Origin: a virus
Direction: 5' to 3' (one strand)
DNA: 64,000 nucleotides
Virus record (IMG/VR): IMGVR_UViG_3300045806_000063
Coordinates: 32,001 to 96,000 of that record
Part shown: piece after piece, positions 28,263-37,500 of the stretch
Layout of the letters: each line of letters opens with the position of its first letter
How positions within the stretch are numbered: position 1 is the stretch's first letter
The notes under the pieces: model-generated
What the model was told of the DNA's origin: nothing
What the model saw: only the letters and a program-made list of their open reading frames with translations
The model's database searches: none
Translations under genes and position numbers: made by a program

Positions 28263-28750
28263 TGTCTATCGCCTCGGAGATGGTTCCATATATTGGAACT
28301 AAGGCAGTTAGAGCAGTTCCCATGACCCTAGGTGCATATGAGTTATATCGTGGTGACGGTTTTAAGGTAGATACTCACTACGACGATCCTTTAGCTGCTG
28401 GATATTTGGTTGAGTACGATAATACAAGTAAACCTAATCATACTTCCCATATTGGGTATATTTCTTGGTCACCTAAATCTGTATTTGAGGCAGCTTATTC
28501 CCCCATCTTTGATACTGTGGGATATAGTTGGAGTGCAGCTATCCGACTCATAACTAAATTCCCTAACGAACTTATCATGTTTCACACTGATATGGGTGAA
28601 TTAGAACACATCAAAGCAGCACCTAGTTTAAACAATGGAGCTGTAAGATTCATTCATGCCAAAGGAGTGCATTGGGAATACTATTTAGACATTCCGTTAT
28701 CTGATTTGGCTAGAGTAGATTGGACTGTTAAAAATCGTAAACATTTGTAA
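28262..28750 (+). CDS. DUF2829/Tad2-like protein (start moved to 28262, TAATG coupling)
   Basis: YIGTK.V.A.PMT.G.Y...GYLVEY...NH...GYISWSPK.VFE.AY N-domain; C-term YSWSAAI and PLSDLARVDWTV. Confidence 0.7.
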   Translation: MSIASEMVPYIGTKAVRAVPMTLGAYELYRGDGFKVDTHYDDPLAAGYLVEYDNTSKPNHTSHIGYISWSPKSVFEAAYSPIFDTVGYSWSAAIRLITKFPNELIMFHTDMGELEHIKAAPSLNNGAVRFIHAKGVHWEYYLDIPLSDLARVDWTVKNRKHL

Positions 28751-28758
28751 TATTACTT

Positions 28759-28796
28759 AGGGGTATCAGGCACTCATGTGAGTGCCTGATACCCCT
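28759..28796. terminator. Hairpin, 18-bp arms, 2-nt centre
   Basis: aggggtatcaggcactca-tg-tgagtgcctgatacccct. Confidence 0.78.
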
Positions 28797-28902
28797 GCTT
28801 TCGTAATTATATGTTAATAATCTCATCGGTTAATACCATTCTAAGTACCCTAGTTCGCTGAATATTAATGGGTAATTTTTACATCGACAGATAAGGAATA
28901 AA

Positions 28903-30306
28903 ATGAAAACTATTATACAGGCAATTGGGATAAGCTTACTCCTATTTTCTATTTCAGTATTGGCTACTGGACCATTAACTACTACTCCCACACTTCGTAC
29001 TGTAACGATCGGTGGCGGTGGAGCTGAAACCTTCGGTCCTGGTTTAACAACTGATCAAATTAATGCAAACTTTAACAATATAGCAGCAGTGGCGAATGAT
29101 GCCAATGTTAAAGTGATTAGTGTCACTGACTATGGAGCTATTCCTAATTCTATATCTGACCAATACGGTGCCTTTGCTGCGGCAGTTTCTGCAGTAACTA
29201 CTTCTGGTACTCCTCTGTATGGTGCATCTATTCAAGTACCTTCAGGTAACTATGTATTGTCAGCTGCACCTAACTGGAGCTCAAATAGTATCCAGTGGGT
29301 ATTTGCAAATCATGTTACATTTTCTGGAGTAGGGGCTTCGAGTTTTCCTCGTGCTAATACTAACCCCACTACGATGCCGGTATCTGGAATCTTTAGTCAG
29401 TTTTATGATTCAGTGACTTCACCTAGTGGTGGCGGACCATCTGCATTGACTTCTGAAATATTTCAACCTACCACTGCTACCGGTAATTACATTGCTGGGT
29501 ATTTTGGAGCACAGGGATCGTCTACTGTTAATACTGCATATGTCGGAGGGGTATGGGGACTGAATGTAGTCGCTAACTCACTGGCAGGTATGACTGGAAC
29601 TATAACTGGAGTTGAGATAGATGTTAATACTACTTCTGCGGTATTAACTAACTCTTCTGGATTATCCATACAGGGACTTGGAACGTATAATGCCAGTGAT
29701 GCCATAAAAATAGCTAGAAGCGACTCTAGCTTATGGACATACGGTTTAGATATGTACAATGTTGTAAATGGCATTCTAATCAATCCAACTACTTTAGGTT
29801 TAACTATCGGCTCTCCAGCAGGGGGACAGGGTTCATTAGCTCCGCAGGCTATTACCGTAGAACAGATAAGCAATAATGCAATGAGTGATATACTATTTGC
29901 AAATCGCGCAACTGACGTAGCCCCAGTGGGTAGTTTTTTACGGTTAGCTAATGCTGCTAATAATTTAAATTTATTTAAAGTGGATATAAGTGGTAACTTA
30001 TATGCTGGTAGATTGGCAAGTATCGGAGGACCTACTCCTGCACTGACTAGTTGTGGAACTAGCCCTAGTGTGACTACCGGTAGTGTTGCTAACATGGGTC
30101 AAATAACTTTTGGCACTGGCACCCCTACTAGCTGTACGTTAACATTCCCTGTTGCTTTTGATAGTTCTGCTTTCTGTACAGCAACTCCTGCTTCAGCTTA
30201 TACCGGGACTTATTATTTTAGTACTTCTTCAGCTACAGGGTTTACACTAACTTTAGGTACCGGAACAAATTCAGTTGTATTCAATTACATCTGTTTTGGT
30301 AATTGA
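28903..30306 (+). CDS. Tailspike-like beta-helix protein with Sec-type signal peptide (paralogue of 18706)
   Basis: RBS AAGGA; MKTIIQAIGISLLLFSISVLA leader; GPGLTTDQINANF; VISVTDYGAIPNSISDQYGAFAAA...IQVPSGNY pectate-lyase-3-type motif. Confidence 0.72.
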   Translation: MKTIIQAIGISLLLFSISVLATGPLTTTPTLRTVTIGGGGAETFGPGLTTDQINANFNNIAAVANDANVKVISVTDYGAIPNSISDQYGAFAAAVSAVTTSGTPLYGASIQVPSGNYVLSAAPNWSSNSIQWVFANHVTFSGVGASSFPRANTNPTTMPVSGIFSQFYDSVTSPSGGGPSALTSEIFQPTTATGNYIAGYFGAQGSSTVNTAYVGGVWGLNVVANSLAGMTGTITGVEIDVNTTSAVLTNSSGLSIQGLGTYNASDAIKIARSDSSLWTYGLDMYNVVNGILINPTTLGLTIGSPAGGQGSLAPQAITVEQISNNAMSDILFANRATDVAPVGSFLRLANAANNLNLFKVDISGNLYAGRLASIGGPTPALTSCGTSPSVTTGSVANMGQITFGTGTPTSCTLTFPVAFDSSAFCTATPASAYTGTYYFSTSSATGFTLTLGTGTNSVVFNYICFGN

Positions 30307-30318
30307 TAGGAGATTACA

Positions 30319-31080
30319 ATGACCGATTACAGTAGTGATGGGTTTAGCGGCGATGGTTATTTTAAGAATGATGCAATACGTCCCAATGTAACTACCGATA
30401 ACCCGATATTACCAACTGGTTATTTGGCTCCTGGAGTTAATTATCTTCAAGAGCCTACCACCATAGTTTATGACCCAACAGGAGCTTTACTAGGAAACCT
30501 TGTTTTCGGTGAAACTACCAGCCCTGTTACAGAACCCGATATATGGACATTAGAAGGTCCTTTCTATCAGCAAGGTTTAACAGTCACAGGAGTCTTATCT
30601 TCCGGTGGAGCGCCTCAGGAATTGGTTCCTTTCCTTGATTATACCTTCTCTCCTTTATATGGTAAGATGACTGATCAAATTGGACTACCTATTTACAGTT
30701 ACTTATTGTTAACAAATACTTCAAACTGGGCTAGTGTCACCACCACTTATCAAGCTGTAGGTTGTGCAAGGGACGCTATTTTATTACAAGAGATAGTAGA
30801 CCTTGGAACTTTTGATAGAACTAATTTAACAGTCTGGGAAGGGTTAGTAGGTGATAGCATTATTACCACGGATGACATCTTACCTGATGTATTAACAAAT
30901 GGCGAAACTGTTTATATACTGTCAAAGAAATTAAACACGTTAGCTGCTCAGTTACAAGGGCCTAACGTATATAAATCAGGGCTAGAGGCTCTGAAATTAG
31001 ATGTGACTAATGAACTATCTATTCTGCAATCTACAGTTAATAGTTTATCAGCTACAGTGTCGCAATATTTAGTGGTGTAA
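30319..31080 (+). CDS. Fibre anchor-domain-only protein, paralogue of the 15564 N-terminus
   Basis: YDPTG, GPFYQQGLTVTG, TYQAVG, LLQEI..LGTFD..NLT.W.GLVGD align by eye with 15564; ends in a coiled coil. Confidence 0.72.
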   Translation: MTDYSSDGFSGDGYFKNDAIRPNVTTDNPILPTGYLAPGVNYLQEPTTIVYDPTGALLGNLVFGETTSPVTEPDIWTLEGPFYQQGLTVTGVLSSGGAPQELVPFLDYTFSPLYGKMTDQIGLPIYSYLLLTNTSNWASVTTTYQAVGCARDAILLQEIVDLGTFDRTNLTVWEGLVGDSIITTDDILPDVLTNGETVYILSKKLNTLAAQLQGPNVYKSGLEALKLDVTNELSILQSTVNSLSATVSQYLVV

Positions 31081-31091
31081 GTTTTAATTCA

Positions 31092-31122
31092 ATATACCTC
31101 ACATGTAATATGTGAGGTATAT
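31092..31122. terminator. Hairpin, 13-bp arms
   Basis: atatacctcacat-gtaat-atgtgaggtatat. Confidence 0.68.
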
Positions 31123-31148
31123 ACACGAATTTAATATGAGGTTAAACA

Positions 31149-31844
31149 ATGATTAAATCAATACGGATGATAGATTTTGCAGATGGACATCCTTTAGTTA
31201 TAGAAAACTTAGGGTTAATAAACTTACTAATATCAGAAAATCATGGATATGGAAAGACGAAACTACTCCGTCATATCCATATGGAATCTAGACCAAGAAT
31301 CAAATATTTTTCAGCACCTTACTTAGATACAATGTTGGTAAGTGTGATTAGTCAGATCGAATACAGTACTGTAAGTTCTGATGTTTTAAATGGATATATT
31401 GATCGAGTTGGACAATTATTTGACTTAAAAATACCCTTAACAGAAACACTACACCAGTGGCAGCGCTCAACTGATTTTGTAAACTTAAGAGTATGCAAAG
31501 TTCTTTTGATGATAATAAGATTAGTGAATAGCCGAGATGGAACTATCATAGTAGATGAAATCGATTATGGTTTGCATTATAGAAGCCAGTTAGCTCTTTG
31601 GGAACTCATTTATGAATTAGCTTTGATTTATAATGTGCAGGTAATTGCTAGTACGATGAACAAAGATAGCCGTATGGCTATGTTGGCTACTGGATTAAAT
31701 GACCCTATGACTGACGCCAAGTATATCATGTTACGTTATAGTAGCACTGAGTCTAATTATGGTAGTCCTATCGCTAGGACATACCCGTTACCTGCTTTTG
31801 ATTGTTTATTAAAGGTATTAGCTTCTGATAGAAACTTTACATAA
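31149..31844 (+). CDS. Small degenerate ABC-type ATPase (AAA_15/AAA_21-like)
   Basis: IENLGLINLLISENHGYGKT (atypical Walker A); IIVDEIDYGLH (Walker B/D-loop); VQVIASTM (H-switch His replaced). Confidence 0.7.
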   Translation: MIKSIRMIDFADGHPLVIENLGLINLLISENHGYGKTKLLRHIHMESRPRIKYFSAPYLDTMLVSVISQIEYSTVSSDVLNGYIDRVGQLFDLKIPLTETLHQWQRSTDFVNLRVCKVLLMIIRLVNSRDGTIIVDEIDYGLHYRSQLALWELIYELALIYNVQVIASTMNKDSRMAMLATGLNDPMTDAKYIMLRYSSTESNYGSPIARTYPLPAFDCLLKVLASDRNFT

Positions 31845-31858
31845 AACAATATCCATTA

Positions 31859-31895
31859 TAGTACACACCTGTCCATTATGGACAGGTGTGTACTA
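31859..31895. terminator. Palindrome, 18-bp arms, 1-nt centre
   Basis: tagtacacacctgtccat-t-atggacaggtgtgtacta. Confidence 0.78.
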
Positions 31896-31947
31896 GTCAT
31901 TAAAATTTATGCCAGAATTATATGTCATCTTAACTAGGAGGTGTGTT

Positions 31948-32754
31948 ATGACTTTAGAATTACCATTTAATTTTGACACAGTGGGTAATGTAATACCTAT
32001 AGAAGATTTACAGTTATCACTTGAAACTATAGTCACCTACGTGAATGATCTAGGAACTTCAATAGGGGCTACTGGACCTACAGGTGCTACGGGTTCTGTA
32101 GGTCCTATTGGCCCTTCTCAATTTACCACTGTATCATCAGATTTTCAGATAGTGGACAACGTGCTAGAACTATATAGAGCTATTGCAATTAATCATTTTT
32201 ATAATTCAGTAAATACTGTTGAAATAGGAACAACTATAACCTCAGTAGATTTAATCTGGTCTAGTAATAAAACTCCAACTACTATATCGTTAACTGGAGA
32301 TGGGACAACCTCTCTTTTATTAACTGCTACGGGGCAGAATATTACAGGTCTGTCATTAACCTCTACAGCAACGTGGAACCTAACTATGTCTGATGGAATT
32401 AATGAAGCTTCAGCATATACTACGGTTAATTTTGAACCATTAGCTTATTGGGGAGTCTCTTCATTAACGGCCCTTGATAATGCTGAGGTTTTAGCTTTAG
32501 CATCTAGTGACTTTAGCTACGGTACATCCTTAAGTAATGTAGTTTATGACTGCACTGGAGGAGCATATCCGTACTATGTCTATCCTGCTTCATTCGGACT
32601 ACTTTCAAATGTGACAGTAGGGGGTTTATCCTTCTCAGATTATGAAACAACTGTACTATCGTTAACTAACACTCAAGGCTTCACTCAGTCGTATAATGTC
32701 GTTAGATTTAACGGACTTCAAACTGGTAATTCACTTAGGGTGAACTGGTCATGA
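31948..32754 (+). CDS. Putative head/tail fibre or decoration protein with short collagen linker (start moved to 31948)
   Basis: RBS GGAGG; PFNFDT..IP.EDLQ N-terminus; [17 protein letters not shown]; Thr-rich beta domains. Confidence 0.65.
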   Translation: MTLELPFNFDTVGNVIPIEDLQLSLETIVTYVNDLGTSIGATGPTGATGSVGPIGPSQFTTVSSDFQIVDNVLELYRAIAINHFYNSVNTVEIGTTITSVDLIWSSNKTPTTISLTGDGTTSLLLTATGQNITGLSLTSTATWNLTMSDGINEASAYTTVNFEPLAYWGVSSLTALDNAEVLALASSDFSYGTSLSNVVYDCTGGAYPYYVYPASFGLLSNVTVGGLSFSDYETTVLSLTNTQGFTQSYNVVRFNGLQTGNSLRVNWS

Positions 32755-34073
32755 CAGGAACTACACCAATCGCAGGAACTAATATAGCGGCACCAGTGAC
32801 GCCGTTTACTTCAGCAGATACTTACCCCACTCATTATTCCAAGTATGGACAAGGTGGTTGGCAGGAAATAGACACATTTACTGATACTGCTACTATCTCT
32901 ACGGAAAGATTAGTGGTGGGGATGGCTGTTTCCTGTAAGGATACTGGAGAGGTCTACCGATTATTAGCAGACAGCTCCTGGGAACCGCTAGGAGTAATAG
33001 GTCCAACTGGACCTGCAGGTCCAACTGGTGATATAGGACCTACTGGTCCTACGGGTCCGACAGGCCAAGCCGCTTCTGGCAATCCTATTTATGTTCAAAC
33101 CATAGCTCCTACAAATCCAGTTCCTGGAGATATTTGGATAGATCCACTTTCCCCGTCTCCTGCCTTTGTAGGACCTACTGGTCCTGCTGGACCTACAGGA
33201 GTAAGTGGGCCCACTGGGGCTGATGGAGTTACTGGAGCGACTGGAGCAACCGGTTCGGTATCTACAATAGCTGCTGCTCGTAACACATCCTATCTGTTTA
33301 CTGACTTTATTTCGTCTACACCTGTTGGAATTGCTCCTTATAACACTTTAAGCATAGGAACTGAAGTACCATGGACAGGACCTCCTACGAGTCTACCTAA
33401 TGTAAACCACCCTGGAATAATTACGTTATATACTGGCGGAACTTCTGCAGCATCAGGAAATTCAATAACTAGTGATACTGCAGAATACGTCATTGCTCCT
33501 GTAGCAATTACTGCTAACCCAAATGGTACTCAACTAGACCATGTGGCTTGTGTACAGTTTAGTACATTTGATGCTACTGACAATTTCTTATCTGGGTTCT
33601 CAGATTCGAATGGAGCTAACTACGGTTCTAATGGTGTATTTTTCTATAAAGATACAGCGACCACAATGCGCGGATTCGCTTATTTACAAGGAGCTTGGTT
33701 ACCTGGTGTGACAGGATATGTACCTGCTGCAGTTACTGCTGGGGGCGCTGGAGCTCAGACAGTTACTTCATTTACCCCATTAGTAAATACATGGTACACT
33801 CTACACTTGATAATTTCTATGTCATTTTCAAGTGGTTTAGTCACTGTAGCTGACACCACCGATATAACCTTTACTATAACCGATTCTACAGACACTGTAG
33901 TTTGGACAGATACAATTACTCCAACTACTACAGGCGTTCCATCAGCAGATTATATTCCAGGTCCGGCATATCCTGTTAAAAGTCAGGTATCAGGATGGTC
34001 TACGGCTGGCACTAATGCTCCATTTTTAAATTTAGATTACATTATCACTCAGGTAAGTAATTTAGTTCGATAA
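32751..34073 (+). CDS. Collagen-like fibre protein with C-terminal lectin-like beta domain
   Basis: PFT..DTYPTH..YG.GG N-motif; two GPT-repeat tracts; [11 protein letters not shown] and WYTLHL in the C-domain. Confidence 0.7.
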   Translation: MTGTTPIAGTNIAAPVTPFTSADTYPTHYSKYGQGGWQEIDTFTDTATISTERLVVGMAVSCKDTGEVYRLLADSSWEPLGVIGPTGPAGPTGDIGPTGPTGPTGQAASGNPIYVQTIAPTNPVPGDIWIDPLSPSPAFVGPTGPAGPTGVSGPTGADGVTGATGATGSVSTIAAARNTSYLFTDFISSTPVGIAPYNTLSIGTEVPWTGPPTSLPNVNHPGIITLYTGGTSAASGNSITSDTAEYVIAPVAITANPNGTQLDHVACVQFSTFDATDNFLSGFSDSNGANYGSNGVFFYKDTATTMRGFAYLQGAWLPGVTGYVPAAVTAGGAGAQTVTSFTPLVNTWYTLHLIISMSFSSGLVTVADTTDITFTITDSTDTVVWTDTITPTTTGVPSADYIPGPAYPVKSQVSGWSTAGTNAPFLNLDYIITQVSNLVR

Positions 34074-34089
34074 TTCAAAGGAGATTTAC

Positions 34090-34554
34090 ATGTCAAATTC
34101 TTTATATGATAGTGCTCGAATTGCATTCGGTACTGCTGGTATTAATTGGTTAGGAGATAACATTAAAGCCGCTATACTAACACCAGCTTATCCCGGTGGT
34201 AGCGTTTCCATCTCTGGGGATAGTGAGTTTACTGCCATTGCCCCGTATATACTGGCAGGTACAACTGCTAGCGTTACACTCACCACTAAGGTTACCTCAG
34301 TTGGCGCATTGGCAGGGGCAATGTCTTCTGATCCCGTTACCTTTGTAGCACTGACAGCTGGGCAGATTATAGGGTATATCGCATTATACAAAGATCCCGA
34401 CCCCACTAATATCAATGGTATTCCTGCGATTGGTAATCAGGCTTCATCTCCATTGATTGCTTTATTTGATTCAGGGTATGGGATTGGTGCAGGAACTAAC
34501 GGGAGTAACATTGAGATAACATGGGACCCGATTAACGGTATTTTTAGATTGTAG
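34090..34554 (+). CDS. Tail/fibre-associated protein of a widespread phage minor-tail family
   Basis: MSNSLYD..R...I.W..DNIKA...VTF...LYKD...SPLIA.FD...NG.NI.I.WD..NGIFRL pattern. Confidence 0.65.
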   Translation: MSNSLYDSARIAFGTAGINWLGDNIKAAILTPAYPGGSVSISGDSEFTAIAPYILAGTTASVTLTTKVTSVGALAGAMSSDPVTFVALTAGQIIGYIALYKDPDPTNINGIPAIGNQASSPLIALFDSGYGIGAGTNGSNIEITWDPINGIFRL

Positions 34555-34560
34555 AAATCT

Positions 34561-37500
34561 ATGAACCTTATACCTTTTCCCTTAAGTTATGACTTTAACT
34601 ACTGGAACTTTACTTACTCCACGTTAGCAGCAGGAGGTTCACAAGCTGGCATAACTGTTAGTACTGCCGAGTACATGAACCCTGCGAGTTCCTCTAACCT
34701 TACCACACAGATAGTCGCTGATGTAGGCTCTTTTGGCGGAGTAGATATTAGTATGGATCTACTCCCTAATACGGAGTATACGATAAGCTTTTCTGTAATG
34801 GGTATTGATAGCAATGTAGGACCTTTGGCTTTACGGTTATCATATTCTGCACCACCCGGTCCGCCTGAAATGTACTGGAATGGATCAGGAGTAGCAGGGT
34901 ATAATACAGCGGGAGATGTGTTTGAGTATCCACCACTCTATGTTCCAGGTACTGATTCTTATGTTCAGTACACATGGACACTCACTACGCCATCTACTTG
35001 GGTTACTGGATCTACAAATAACACGATATTTACTATCTATCTAACTGGCGCAACTGCACTATCATTCTACGGTTTAGAAGTTAACACAGGGCCAACTCCT
35101 GACACATACGTCGAACCTACTTCATTTGCATATGACATAGCGTCAATTCCATACCTTAACAATTATGTTGAACCGTATGCCGCATATTACCCGTCAGTGG
35201 ATTTATACAATAACATTGGTGAAAGACTCACTATACCATTTGATCCTAGTAGTTTAGCCACTACCACGATATTAGGTAAAAACTTTATCCCGTATGGGAA
35301 TACATTTGGGAAACTGTTAAACCCTACCACTTATGCATACACTGTAAATCCTTATTCAGGTTTAGTAGTCAATGCTAACACGGTATTAGCTCCAGTAGAC
35401 CCTATAAATAACCCAGCTTACTTAGGTTATTGTGCAGACGTATTAATGCCATCCTCTAATCCAGCACTGTTAACTAATTATAGTGGTGCTACGATAATCT
35501 GGCCTAATATTCCAGCTATGGTGATTGGAGATGTGTATACCGTCAGTGTATGGGCAAAAGCTAAATACTTACCATTAACCGCCTCAATAACAATGTCTCC
35601 TGGAGGAAATTGGTCTACTGGTATCCAGTCGCCAGGCTCTGAAGGCAATCTAGCAGATCCTGCATGGAAAACTCTTAATGGGTATTTCAGTATAATTCTA
35701 CAGAACGACACAAATAACGCAGGGCTAAGCAGTGATGAAGGAATTCCTTCGTCGATACATATCCCTACTGCTGATTTATTATTTACTAAACGTGCAGATC
35801 AAATTTCTGCTACTTCCATTAATGGAGTATCCTCCTTAGTAATGCAGAGTTATTTAACTGGATTAACTTACGATATATCAACAGTTCTAGAATCAACTTT
35901 ACCGGTAGATGTCTTAGCTGCTAAGTACGGGGTTGTTCTTTATCAAGATATTCCATATAACGCAAACCTTGATACTTACAATTATGATTTTTGGGCTAAA
36001 ATAGCTCAGGATCAGTTAGTGACTATCGGTGGTACTTCTTCGGTAGTTATCAATTCTGCAATCCATGCTGAAATAATTAGCTGGGCTATGATTTACACAT
36101 TACTAGATGGTAGTAAAGTAGTAGTGTTGCAGAAATGGTTTGATACACTTGAAGGAGATTCTTGGAGATGGCAACAGAGTTATGGATATTTAACCTACTC
36201 TAGTACATTACAAGATTTTACAAAACCTGTAGGGTTTGGCTTTGTTTTTAGTGGATCGTTGTCCATTTATGGAGGTCTTAGAATTTATGACCATAACCCA
36301 GCCGCTTCAGCTCCTTTAGTAATTGACACTGCGACTTGGACTAGATTTAATTTAACATTCACTGCCACGGAAGGAATGTCTGCCTTATCACATTTTTATG
36401 ACCAGCCTGGTATCAGTACAGGGTCATATGTAGCACCTCAAGACAATAGCTTAAACATCTATATATTTCAACCAACAGAGCCTATTCCTAATACTACATT
36501 TTTACCTTGGGCTCCAGTATGGTCGGCGGTAGAACTATATGGATTAATGATTAATGCAGGTCCTACCCCTGGGATTTATTTTCCTGATCCATCATCACCT
36601 GTAACCTATGGAACTAATGGGATTAAACCTCTAGTCAATACGTCTTCTCCTGCCATCTCATATGCAACTGGAGATATAACGATTTCTGTACCAGGCATTC
36701 CTGCGTGGTCAGATAAACCACATCATCCAATTGGTATAAATGTTACTGGATCTAACTCCTACTCATCAGCTTTAACCTTTTTAAATCTGATGAAGTTATC
36801 AACTGCTGGAAAGGTCAAGACTATCAATGATCCTACTGGTACTTGGGTTAATGGCCCTGTGCATGGCTGGAACCTTTATAGATCGATATCAGTGAATGGG
36901 ATAGATACGTCTTTCAATGTCTTAGATACCGAAGTAAATTTATCAGCTCCAACTTTTGTTACAGCAGCAACTACTATGACTAGTTTAGTTGCATCAGGTG
37001 ATAACTATACTGCTTTTAACCCTACAAACCTAGTACGAACTTTAACAGGTATAGGTGTAGCTCCAAACACAAAAGTAGTTGACTATGTTGTAAGTTTAGA
37101 TGGTCTCACTATTACATGGACAGTTGACACTCCATTTACAGGGGACTCTAGTGGGTCTTACCAGATACACATGGAATTAGTGGATAGCATTGATGCAATG
37201 GCATTAGACTCTGATGGATACCCTACCATCTTACCAGCAGGATATTACCTATATGGGATTGTTTACCGAAGCACTCCGTTGTCATTTATGATGGCAAATG
37301 TTTCCATATATGACATGCCTTATCTTCGCTCTGGACTCTATAAATTGACTTGGGATGGTACAGGGACTGTTAGTTTAAATACGAACATCTCCATGGTTCC
37401 AGCACAGTTTCCAGCTACTGTAGTATCTGGTACTTCAAATAGCGTTATATATTCAGTAGATTGCAGTGGGAATACCATTGATGGAATATCTACAGCTACA

